Origin: Ostreococcus lucimarinus
Taxonomy: Eukaryota
DNA length: 64,000 nt
Assembly (NCBI GenBank): GCA_000092065.1
Contig: CP000583.1
Strand: one strand, 5' to 3'
Made by a program: the position numbers and the translations under genes. Positions 1 to 8,104 of the stretch are shown piece after piece (within the stretch, counting starts at the first letter, position 1; every line of letters starts with the position of its first letter). The notes beneath the pieces were generated by a model that saw nothing but the letters and a program-made list of their open reading frames with translations, ran no database searches and had not been told where the DNA came from.

Positions 1-301
1 CTTCTTCGTCGTCGTTCGGCGCCTCCGCCTCGACGTCGACGCCTTCCACGCGCACCCGAAGCGTCTCCTCTCGCTTCCCGAACACCGCGTAGTGCACGTC
101 GATCGTCTCGATGCGCACTCGCGTGAGTTTTATCCCCAGGTTCAGCTCGCGATTGAGCGCGTCGCAGTTCACGGACACGTTTCGCAGCGAAAGTTTTCGT
201 CGCAGCAGGGCGATGCGCAGGGTGTCGGAATTGACGCCGTCGAGGTAGCGATTGAGCGCGCGCGCGAGCAAAGGCGCGAGTATGGTGTGCGCGCCGATCA
301 T
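1..301 (-). CDS. 5' partial CDS: N-terminus of a chorein-N domain lipid-transfer protein (VPS13/ATG2/BLTP-like); gene continues beyond window start
   Basis: Minus-strand ATG at ~299-301. Translation MIGAHTILAPLLARALNRYLDGVNSDTLRIALLRRKLSLRNVSVNCDALNRELNLGIKLTRVRIETIDVHYAV matches the chorein-N consensus (LLNRYLG..L.LR....LKLK..AL....LP..V..G.I..L.L..PW). The ORF runs off the window edge. Confidence 0.5.
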   Translation of the reverse strand, partial: MIGAHTILAPLLARALNRYLDGVNSDTLRIALLRRKLSLRNVSVNCDALNRELNLGIKLTRVRIETIDVHYAVFGKREETLRVRVEGVDVEAEAPNDDEE

Positions 302-453
302 GTGCGTCGATCGTGCGCCGCGCGCGCGGCGCGTGCGGCGCGTGCCGCGCGTGGCGCGCGAGAGAATGACGAAAGCGAAAAGTTCGTTGGTCGAGCGCGC
401 GACGCGACGGGACGGGACGGGACGCGGCGATGGAATAACATGAATGAATTACA

Positions 454-1521
454 TCACGAAGGCACGGGCACCGCGCCTGGGACGCGCTCTGCGTCTTCGT
501 CTCCGGGCGCCAACGCCTCGTCGATCTCGCGATCGCTCACGGGCGGCGGCGATTTGCCCTTGGCGACGTCATATCCTTTGCGGCGCTCGCGCGGCGCGGG
601 ACCGGTGGATACGATGGAGTACGCGGCGTTTAAGACGTCGTATCGCGACGTCGTGAGCGTGCGGTTGGCGAACACGGCCGCACTGAGTCGTTTGGTGAAA
701 TCACCGCCGGGCATTTTATCGCCCTCGTCGATGTCGATGTCTTGCATGCGAACGTCGAACGCGTTGTCCACCAAAGTCAACGCGTAGTCGGCTTGCACGA
801 CTTTACTCGTCGGCCCGTTTCCTCGCAATTCTCCCGTGCGCACGATGGTGAACGTCCATCCATCCGCGACACCGCCCGGTTTCACCGTTTTCGCCGCGCG
901 GCGGCGTATCATGTCCTCGCACGCGACGCAATCGTCCAACGGCGCGCCGCCTCGAAACGTCTTGCGATTCATATACTTGAACGGATCGACGTCTCGCCGT
1001 TCGACGCCGATTCTCGACATCAACACCACGCGCCGCAATCTCGGGAACCGACCGCCGTCGATCGCCTCACAAAACGTCTCCACGCACGCCTTGAGCTTCT
1101 TCGAGCTCTCCTCCGCGAATATCACGCACGTCGTTCGCTCGCGCGTCGCCGTCTCGCCTCCCAGCGTCTCCCCGAGCTCCGCCGTCTCCACCCCTTGTTC
1201 GTCGAGCATCTCCAGCGTCTTCGCGTGCGGGTACACCAGCGTCGTCGATCGCACGTCTCGCGGATTTCGCACGCCCTCGAACGCCTCGCGCGGCAGCGCC
1301 GCGACGACGCGCACGTCGCTCGACTTTTCGTTTCGCTTCAGCTCGACCGCCGACGTTTGCGCCAGCCGTTCGAGCGCGCCGGTGACGACGACGACGTCGC
1401 GCGCGGCGTCGAGCGCGCGCGGCGAGACGCGCGCGCGTCGCGGCGTCGAGCGCGCGTCCCGCGCGCGTCGCGACGACGCGCGCGGCGTCGCGGTCGACGG
1501 CGCGCGGCGCACCGACGCCAT
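454..1521 (-). CDS. hypothetical protein, probably organelle-targeted (R/S/T/A-rich N-terminus)
   Basis: 367-aa track ORF (454..1557) with coherent GC-rich codon usage. The track's M1 is a GTG; the first ATG is at ~1519-1521 (MASVRRAPSTATPRASS...). No confident family assignment (VVVTGALERL and IVRTGEL motifs only). Confidence 0.4.
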   Translation of the reverse strand: MASVRRAPSTATPRASSRRARDARSTPRRARVSPRALDAARDVVVVTGALERLAQTSAVELKRNEKSSDVRVVAALPREAFEGVRNPRDVRSTTLVYPHAKTLEMLDEQGVETAELGETLGGETATRERTTCVIFAEESSKKLKACVETFCEAIDGGRFPRLRRVVLMSRIGVERRDVDPFKYMNRKTFRGGAPLDDCVACEDMIRRRAAKTVKPGGVADGWTFTIVRTGELRGNGPTSKVVQADYALTLVDNAFDVRMQDIDIDEGDKMPGGDFTKRLSAAVFANRTLTTSRYDVLNAAYSIVSTGPAPRERRKGYDVAKGKSPPPVSDREIDEALAPGDEDAERVPGAVPVPS

Positions 1522-1532
1522 CGCGCGACGCA

Positions 1533-2858
1533 ATGGCGACGCGCGTCGCCGGCGCACCGCGCCCGCGCGTCGTCGCGCGCGCGTCGCGACGCGCGACCGT
1601 CGCGCGTTCGAGCGACGGCGCGTTCGACTGCGCGCACTGGCCGCGGTGCGCGGGATGCGTCGACGTCGACGCGCCGCTGCGACCCGAGGCGGAGGCGCGC
1701 GCGCGCGCGTACTTTGCGTCGCTGGACGCGCGCGCGGGCGAGACGGGCGAGACGCGCGAGACGCACGAGACGTATCGCGGACGCGCGACGCGATGGCGCG
1801 TCAAGGCGAAGCTCGCGGCGCGCGCGCACGAGGGCGAGACGCGACTGGGGCTGTTCGCGCGAGGCTCGCACGCGCTGGAGCCCATCGACGACGCGAGCGG
1901 GTGCGCGGTGTCGGCGATCGCGGTCGAAAGAGCGATGGCGCTGGTGCGAGAGGTGTGCGCGTCGATGGATGTGAAAGGGTACGACGAAACGACGGGGAAC
2001 GGGGAGCTGCGGTACGCGCAAATCGTGGCGCAGACGAGAACGGCGGGACAGTGGGACGCGGCGAAGGACGAAGACGCGCGAGCGGCGATTTCGTTGGTGT
2101 GGAACGCGCGGAAGATGACGCCGCGCGCGATGGCGGTGTGCGAGGAAATCGCGCGAAGGGGTGGAGATTTCGTGCACGGGACGTGGGTGAACGCGCAAGA
2201 CGCGCGAAATAACGTGATTTTTAACAACGACGGGTGGCACCACGCGACGGGCGAGCGAGAAACGCACTCGTACACGCCCAACGGTGCCAAGGTGTTTTAT
2301 CTGCCGGGAAGCTTCATGCAAGCCAACGCGGAGGCGTACGGAGAGTTGCTCAAGCGCATGCCGCGACACGTGCCGAAGAACGCGCGCGTCGTCGAGATGT
2401 ACGCCGGCGTCGGCGCCATTGGTTTTTCGCTTCTGACGAACGACGCGCTCGGCGTGAAGAGCTTGCGATGCGTGGAATCGTCGAGCGCGGTCGCCGAAGC
2501 GTGGGAACGCACGCGTGGCGAGTTACCAGAAGATTTGCGAGGTCGAGCAAGTTTGCAAGTCGAAAAGGCGGAGCGCATCGCCGTCGAATCGACGAAGGAT
2601 TGCGACGTTCTCATCGTCGACCCGCCTCGAAAGGGACTCGACGCCAAGCTGCGCGCCGTGCTCACCGACGTCGATGGTCTGAGCGATGACTTGCAAACTT
2701 TGCTTTACGTGTCGTGCGGATTTGAATCATTCATGCGCGACTCGGACGAGTTATTGGCGAGCGGCGTGTGGCAAATCCGTCATCACGAGAGCTTCGTGTT
2801 CTTCCCAGGCACGAATCACATCGAAATCTTTGCCGTGTTTTCGCGCACGCCTTATTAG
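1533..2858 (+). CDS. RumA/TrmA-family RNA (uracil-5)-methyltransferase with N-terminal Fe-S cysteine cluster
   Basis: ATG at 1533. CxxxxxxCxxC (DCAHWPRCAGC) as in RumA, then a SAM-MTase core: FMQANAEAYGELL, VEMYAGVGAIGFSL, LIVDPPRKG, YVSCGFESF. N-terminal R-rich presequence. Confidence 0.85.
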   Translation: MATRVAGAPRPRVVARASRRATVARSSDGAFDCAHWPRCAGCVDVDAPLRPEAEARARAYFASLDARAGETGETRETHETYRGRATRWRVKAKLAARAHEGETRLGLFARGSHALEPIDDASGCAVSAIAVERAMALVREVCASMDVKGYDETTGNGELRYAQIVAQTRTAGQWDAAKDEDARAAISLVWNARKMTPRAMAVCEEIARRGGDFVHGTWVNAQDARNNVIFNNDGWHHATGERETHSYTPNGAKVFYLPGSFMQANAEAYGELLKRMPRHVPKNARVVEMYAGVGAIGFSLLTNDALGVKSLRCVESSSAVAEAWERTRGELPEDLRGRASLQVEKAERIAVESTKDCDVLIVDPPRKGLDAKLRAVLTDVDGLSDDLQTLLYVSCGFESFMRDSDELLASGVWQIRHHESFVFFPGTNHIEIFAVFSRTPY

Positions 2859-2918
2859 AGTGTAGTCGATTAGAACGGTCCTTAGCTAGGCCTAGCTAGT
2901 TGTAGCGATTAAGTAGTT

Positions 2919-4166
2919 TTACTCCTCCTTCCTTGGGGGAAGAATGAATATGTTTGAGTGCATCCCGAGACATCCCGTGACTTGCGCGCAAAGCGTCGCG
3001 CTTCGGTGAAGCAACAAAAATAACGCGGCGCCGAGGAGGATGCCGCCGATGAACATGTTGCCCGCGGGCACAAATGTCGTCATGATCATGATGAACCCGC
3101 TCAACCAGTTGAACAGCGGCCAATCGGGGTCTGAAACGCGCAGGCGCATGATGCTCATCTCGGCTTCGGCGAAGAGAAGCATGCTCGTGGCGTGCGCCAA
3201 CGCCAAGTTTGGCGCAAAATACAAGCACACGCCGTGAAACAACTCGTTGACGATGCAAAACAACGCAATACGCGTCGGATTACGATGCTTTGGCCAGTGT
3301 GGTGGCACTTCTTTTGCCGTGACGGTGCGATAAAACGTCATCGCGCGAGATCGCACGCCGAACAACGCCCCGCCGTCGACGAGCAGGCGCACCACGCCTC
3401 GCTCGCCGATGATGGGTAGAGTGATCGTAAACGCATTCATCGCGTCGCTCCCAACGAATCCGAAGACAATCATACTTATTTGCAACAGGATCTGCATCTC
3501 TTGCACGTCAAAAGCGGTGTTCACAGGTAACAATCCCGTGTACGTGCTCGAAACCGTGTCGACGGCGAAAAAAATCCGGCTCGACGTCATCATCATCACC
3601 GCGAACGCTCTCGCCGCGGGCGTCGCGATACCGACGGCCAATAAATCAACGAAAATAATCCCGTACACGCACGTGCAAATCGCATCGCATCCGTGATCGA
3701 CGACTTCTCCCAACGGCGACCCGCTCTTCGTTCGTCTCGCTTGCTTACCGTCGATGCCGTCCGCCGTCTGATACGCAAACATTAAAACAGCGCTCACCGC
3801 GTACATCCACGACGGCGCGGTGTGCGCCAGCACTGGCGTGTGCGTCCAATACAACGCGTACGTCACCATCACCAACATTAATCCGCCGAACGTCAACGCG
3901 TTCGGCGCCACCCACAGCGGACACCACCGTTCGACGACGTACGTCCACCATCGCTCCAAAAACAGCTTCTCAAACGACGTCGACGGCGGTGATGTATACT
4001 TGTACGAGTGCACCTGCGCGCACGTGCGCTCGGACGCGCCCACGTGCGCGCGTTTCGCTTCGCGCTCATTTTTTTGGGCGTAGCACACCAAGTCCTCGTT
4101 CGACCCATCGTGTCCACCGCGCGTCAGCACATCGAGGCGCGCGCGTCGAACGGCGGCGATCGGCAT
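2919..4166 (-). CDS. CDP-alcohol phosphotransferase (choline/ethanolamine phosphotransferase, AAPT/CEPT-like)
   Basis: ATG at 4164-4166. Canonical CDP-alcohol phosphatidyltransferase motif DGIDGKQARRTKSGSPLGEVVDHGCDA (DG..AR....G..LD...D), with multiple transmembrane segments before and after. Confidence 0.85.
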   Translation of the reverse strand: MPIAAVRRARLDVLTRGGHDGSNEDLVCYAQKNEREAKRAHVGASERTCAQVHSYKYTSPPSTSFEKLFLERWWTYVVERWCPLWVAPNALTFGGLMLVMVTYALYWTHTPVLAHTAPSWMYAVSAVLMFAYQTADGIDGKQARRTKSGSPLGEVVDHGCDAICTCVYGIIFVDLLAVGIATPAARAFAVMMMTSSRIFFAVDTVSSTYTGLLPVNTAFDVQEMQILLQISMIVFGFVGSDAMNAFTITLPIIGERGVVRLLVDGGALFGVRSRAMTFYRTVTAKEVPPHWPKHRNPTRIALFCIVNELFHGVCLYFAPNLALAHATSMLLFAEAEMSIMRLRVSDPDWPLFNWLSGFIMIMTTFVPAGNMFIGGILLGAALFLLLHRSATLCAQVTGCLGMHSNIFILPPRKEE

Positions 4167-4330
4167 CGCGGCGGCTTTCGATCTTCGCGTCCGCGTCGCT
4201 TCGGGTCCGCGCGCGCGACGTCGGCGTCGTCTTCTGCCGTCGCGTTCGGCGGGACTCTCGTCGTTCCAGTGTCAACGAGATCTCATCGCGCGCCCTTCGT
4301 CCTCTGCGCGCGAATCCGGGACGCGGCGCG

Positions 4331-6244
4331 ATGGCAGGCGGTGTTGCGGTGGCGTCGGGAGAGATCCGGCACGGCGATAGGGTCTTCAGTGGGAACTCTG
4401 GCCCCGCGCAGCGCGAACAACCCATAAACAAAGAACTCATCGCGCACTTCAAAAGCAAGGGAGACAGTGTGTCCTGGGGCATCGCTGCAAGCATAGAGAA
4501 CTACGAGGAGGATACGAAGAGGCCAGTGTTGTCGGGCGCATGCATCGCGTCGCTCTACGACCAAGAGACCGAGCGCGAGTTGGCAGAGGAGGTGGAGAAC
4601 AGAATTGAGCGGGTGCTAAGCGACGACGCAGCCTTGTTGAAAATACGTCGATATTTGAAGACCTTCCACGCGGACGAGCGCGAATGGGATGTGAGAACGT
4701 GTGCAGCGGCGGCTCGAGGGGGCAACTTGGAGTGTTTGAAATATCTGCACGAGCACGGGTGCGCGTGGGATAAGAGTGCGTGTGAAGCGGCGGCTCAAGG
4801 TGACCACTTGGAGTGTTTGAAATATCTGCATGCGAACGGGTGCACATGCGATGAGAGTGCGTGTTTAGCAGCGGCTGAAGGTGGTCACTTGGAGTGTTTG
4901 AAATATCTGCACGAGCACGGGTACCCATGGAGTGAGTGGGTGAGTTTAGCAGCGGCCGAAGGCGGTCACTTGGAGTGTTTGAAATATCTGCACGAGCACG
5001 GGTGCGTATGGAATAAGAAAACGTGTCGAGCAGCGGCTCGAGGTGGCGACTTGGAGTGTTTGAAATATCTGCACGAGCACGGGTGCGCGTGGGATGAGAG
5101 TGCGTGTGAAGCGGCGGCTCGATGTGGTCATTTGGAGTGTTTGAAATATCTGCATGAGCACGGGTGCCCGTGCGATGAGAGTGCGTGTGAAGCGGCGGCT
5201 AGCTGTGGCGACTTGGAGTTTTTGAAAGACCTGCACGAGCACGGGTGCCCATGGGATGAGAGTGCGTGTGAAGCGGCGGCTCTAGGTGGTCACTTGGAGT
5301 GTTTGAAATATCTGCACGAGCACGGGTGCGTATGGAATAAGAAAACGTGTCGAGCAGCGGCTCGAGGTGGCGACTTGGAGTGTTTGAAATATCTGCACGA
5401 GCACGGGTGCGCGTGGGATAAGAGTGCGTGTTCTGCAGCGGCTGGACGCGGTCACTTGGAGTGTTTGAAATATCTGCACGAGCACGGGTACCCATGGAGT
5501 GAGTGGGTGAGTTTAGCAGCGGCCGAAGGCGGTCACTTGGAGTGTTTGAAATATCTGCACGAGCACGGGTGCGTATGGAATAAGAAAACGTGTCGAGCAG
5601 CGGCTCGAGGTGGCGACTTGGAGTGTTTGAAATATCTGCACGAGCACGGGTGCCCGTGCGATGAGAGTGCGTGTGAAGCGGCGGCTAGCTGTGGCGACTT
5701 GGAGTTTTTGAAAGACCTGCACGAGCACGGGTGCCCATGGGATGAGAGTGCGTGTGAAGCGGCGGCTCTAGGTGGTCACTTGGAGTGTTTGAAATATCTG
5801 CACGAGCACGGGTGCGTATGGAATAAGAAAACGTGTCGAGCAGCGGCTCGAGGTGGCGACTTGGAGTGTTTGAAATATCTGCACGAGCACGGGTGCCCGT
5901 GCGATGAGAGTGCGTGTGAAGCGGCGGCTAGCTGTGGCGACTTGGAGTGTTTGAAATATCTGCGCGAGCACGGGTGCCCGTGCGATGAGAGTGCGTGTGA
6001 AGCGGCGGCTCTAGGTGGTCACTTGGAGTTTTTGAAAGACCTGCATGAGCACGGGTGCGCATGGGATAAGAGTGCGTGTTCTGCAGCGGCTCGAGGTGGT
6101 CACTCGGAGTGCTTGAAGTACTTGCACACGCACGGGTGCCCCGGGAATAAGCGTGCGTCTGAAGCGGCGGCTGGAGGTGACGTCATGGAGTGTTTGAGTT
6201 TGAAGTACTTGCATAGATCGCTCAAACGAAAGATTTACAGGTAG
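4331..6244 (+). CDS. ankyrin-repeat protein with ~16 near-identical 33-aa repeats (HLECLKYLHEHGC[PAV]W[DN][EK]S.C.AAA.GG)
   Basis: The track ORF starts at 3989 with a non-ATG start inside the convergent CEPT gene; the first ATG is at 4331 (MAGGVAVASGE...). A unique ~125-aa N-terminus is followed by 33-aa ankyrin-like repeats encoded by 99-bp tandem units. Third-codon-position GC is only ~55%, against ~80% in neighbouring genes. Confidence 0.8.
   Translation: MAGGVAVASGEIRHGDRVFSGNSGPAQREQPINKELIAHFKSKGDSVSWGIAASIENYEEDTKRPVLSGACIASLYDQETERELAEEVENRIERVLSDDAALLKIRRYLKTFHADEREWDVRTCAAAARGGNLECLKYLHEHGCAWDKSACEAAAQGDHLECLKYLHANGCTCDESACLAAAEGGHLECLKYLHEHGYPWSEWVSLAAAEGGHLECLKYLHEHGCVWNKKTCRAAARGGDLECLKYLHEHGCAWDESACEAAARCGHLECLKYLHEHGCPCDESACEAAASCGDLEFLKDLHEHGCPWDESACEAAALGGHLECLKYLHEHGCVWNKKTCRAAARGGDLECLKYLHEHGCAWDKSACSAAAGRGHLECLKYLHEHGYPWSEWVSLAAAEGGHLECLKYLHEHGCVWNKKTCRAAARGGDLECLKYLHEHGCPCDESACEAAASCGDLEFLKDLHEHGCPWDESACEAAALGGHLECLKYLHEHGCVWNKKTCRAAARGGDLECLKYLHEHGCPCDESACEAAASCGDLECLKYLREHGCPCDESACEAAALGGHLEFLKDLHEHGCAWDKSACSAAARGGHSECLKYLHTHGCPGNKRASEAAAGGDVMECLSLKYLHRSLKRKIYR
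4700..6190. repeat. tandem array of ~99-bp units (about 15 copies, with near-identical higher-order ~300-550 bp blocks) inside the ankyrin CDS
   Basis: ggtcacttggagtgtttgaaatatctgcacgagcacgggtgc... recurs every 99 bp. Blocks around 4949-5240 are repeated almost exactly around 5489-5780. The short minus-strand ORFs (MLVQIFQTLQV...) here are repeat artefacts. Confidence 0.9.
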
Positions 6245-6267
6245 CGGAAAAATTACGCGAATTGAAA

Positions 6268-7593
6268 TCAAATACCTACGAAATCGGCGTACGCCGGACA
6301 GAGCCTACGACAGTGGCGAAATAAACGCATCGCTTCCATGGCGTCGCCCGAGGTCTCCGCGTCCACGGCGCGCTTGTGCAGGGCGTACGCCTCGGCGCCG
6401 ACGGCGTCGGCGAACGCCGGCGGCTCGCGAGCGTACATGACGTCGGTGCGAATGATGAATTTCACCGCGCCCTCGCCCACGGGCGCGCCCTCGTGCGGAA
6501 TGTCTTGTCGAAACACCAGAGCAGTGCCTCGCGCGCACGGCGCGGCGTCGGCGATCCATTCATCCGGCCAACGGTATCGATCGTCCTCGTCGCGCACGAA
6601 TTTCGACGGCTCAAAGTCGCTCGGCGGCGCGAACATCGACGTCTCCCCACCTCGCGCGCAATCGTTCAGGTACACCAAGACGCTATAAAACGAACGCGTA
6701 TTGAAATCTTCGATCGTCGCCCCGTCGGTGTGCGGTGAAAAGTGCCCGCGTCCAGAGTATCGATTAAACAACAAGTGTTCGTTCACGCCTCGCGCCACCC
6801 ATCGTCCGCGCGCCCCCGCGCCGTGCGTCTCATCCTCCTCAATCGTGATCTCCGGCGTCGCGTGCGGTTTCAATCGCGCCCACAGCGCTTCCGCGACCGT
6901 CTTCGACATCACCTCCACCGTATCCGCGTTCCTGAACGATTTTCTATTCCTCGCCTCCGCGTCCTCGTGCCAAAAGCTCAACCGTCCCGACCGCCGCGCG
7001 GCGTCCACCAGCCTTTCGCACTCCGTCGCCGTCAGCACGTCCCGCGCGACGAACGCATCGAGCGGGCTCGCGCACCTTCGCGCGCTCGTCGTCGCTTCGT
7101 CACCGCGTCGCTCGACCGCGTCGTCGAACGGTTTCGCGTCTTCGGCGCACGCCTTCTCCACGGGCGTCACCGCGCTCTTATCGACGTCCACGAACGCGCG
7201 CGACATCGCCTCGACGACGGCGTCGACGACGGTCGCGTCGCCGCCGCCGTCGTCGCCGCCGCGCGCGTCGACGCTCGACCGTTCGGTCGACCGTTCGCGG
7301 CGCGGCGCGGCGAGCTGTGCGGCACTGTCGAGCGCGATGGAACGCGTCGCGCGCGCGTCGTCGCGCGCGGCGACGGTCGGGGCGTCGCGTGCGGGGACGG
7401 GGAACGCGCGCGCGACGACGGCGTCGCGCGGCGCGCGCGCGACGACGGCGCGGCGCGCGCCGGCGGCGGCGTTTCTTTCGTCGGTGTCTCGAAAGTGTCG
7501 TCGCGGAAGGACGACGACGACGGGAGCGCTGGCGATTCCGGACACCGCGTTCACGGTGGCGACGATGGCGGTGATGCCGATGTACGCGCTCAT
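6268..7593 (-). CDS. 2-oxoglutarate/Fe(II)-dependent oxygenase (prolyl 4-hydroxylase-like)
   Basis: His-x-Asp...His iron triad and 2OG-binding basic residue: HFSPHTDGATIED, IPHEGAPVGEGAVKFIIRTDVMY. The true start may be the internal ATG at ~7203 (MSRAFVDVDKS...), which would remove the overlap with the divergent ABA4-like gene. Confidence 0.7.
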   Translation of the reverse strand: MSAYIGITAIVATVNAVSGIASAPVVVVLPRRHFRDTDERNAAAGARRAVVARAPRDAVVARAFPVPARDAPTVAARDDARATRSIALDSAAQLAAPRRERSTERSSVDARGGDDGGGDATVVDAVVEAMSRAFVDVDKSAVTPVEKACAEDAKPFDDAVERRGDEATTSARRCASPLDAFVARDVLTATECERLVDAARRSGRLSFWHEDAEARNRKSFRNADTVEVMSKTVAEALWARLKPHATPEITIEEDETHGAGARGRWVARGVNEHLLFNRYSGRGHFSPHTDGATIEDFNTRSFYSVLVYLNDCARGGETSMFAPPSDFEPSKFVRDEDDRYRWPDEWIADAAPCARGTALVFRQDIPHEGAPVGEGAVKFIIRTDVMYAREPPAFADAVGAEAYALHKRAVDAETSGDAMEAMRLFRHCRRLCPAYADFVGI

Positions 7594-8029
7594 GATCGCG
7601 AGCCCGCGGTCGAAGCGCGTGCTCGCGATGGTGGAGTCGAAGGCGTTGTTTTGGGTGCTCGGAGCGTGTTATCTGTGCGCGGCGGGGGCGTCGTTGGCCT
7701 CGGCGCACGTGTTCGACGCGGCGAGAGCGGTGCTGAATGATCGTTCAGCGCCTTTGGTGACGAAATTCGTGACGCTGGTGAGCGAATTCATGGCGACGTC
7801 GGAGACGGCGGCGAGCGCGTGGGTACACCTGTTGTCGTTGGATTTCTTCGTGGCGAGATTCGTGTACTTGGATTCGGCCAAGTATAGCTCGAGCGCGGGG
7901 GATTTGGTGGCGCGGATACCGGTACGGCACTCACTTATTTTGTGCTGCATGTTCGGACCGCTCGGGCTGATTTCGCACGCGCTGACGCGGGCAATTTGGA
8001 ACACGTACGTCGTCGTCGACGTGGTGTGA
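7337..8029 (+). CDS. ABA4-like / DUF4281 plastid membrane protein (neoxanthin-synthesis related)
   Basis: ATG at 7337 (MERVARASS... transit-peptide-like). C-terminal half MPMYALMIASPRSKR...WVHLLSLDFFVARFVY...RHSLILCCMFGPLGLISHALTRAIW aligns with Arabidopsis ABA4 (WIHLLVVDLFAARQVY...RHSVSLCLLFCPVGIVSH). Confidence 0.7.
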   Translation: MERVARASSRAATVGASRAGTGNARATTASRGARATTARRAPAAAFLSSVSRKCRRGRTTTTGALAIPDTAFTVATMAVMPMYALMIASPRSKRVLAMVESKALFWVLGACYLCAAGASLASAHVFDAARAVLNDRSAPLVTKFVTLVSEFMATSETAASAWVHLLSLDFFVARFVYLDSAKYSSSAGDLVARIPVRHSLILCCMFGPLGLISHALTRAIWNTYVVVDVV

Positions 8030-8104
8030 CGCGACGCCGACGACCGAAGATCGGAAGTTTGTCGAATGTATCAATACAAAAGAATGCTGTGATTTGAATT
8101 TGAA

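Noticed and set aside
92-787. 231-aa plus-strand ORF at the window start
   Set aside because: It starts with GTG. It runs antisense to the chorein-N gene (1-301) and to the 454..1521 gene. Low-complexity R/A-rich translation typical of the reverse strand of GC-rich coding DNA.
742-2369. Multiple long overlapping ORFs (742..1974, 836..2212, 1067..2290, 1338..2369) rich in Arg/Ala/Ser
   Set aside because: Alternative-frame or antisense readings of the real genes at 454..1521 and 1533..2858. High GC suppresses stop codons in all frames. The same explanation covers similar R-rich ORFs throughout (e.g. 7178..7708, 12203..13480, 18147..19657, 26140..26766, 27074..28843, 61747..62565).
4449-6271. 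Series of 67-98-aa minus-strand ORFs (MLVQIFQTLQV..., MGTRARADISNTPS...)
   Set aside because: Periodic artefacts of the 99-bp ankyrin repeat array read on the opposite strand. They repeat with the same period and have no independent signal.
6701-7336. N-terminal 212 aa of track ORF 6701..8029
   Set aside because: Antisense to the 2OG-oxygenase CDS. The recognisable ABA4-like protein begins at the internal ATG 7337.
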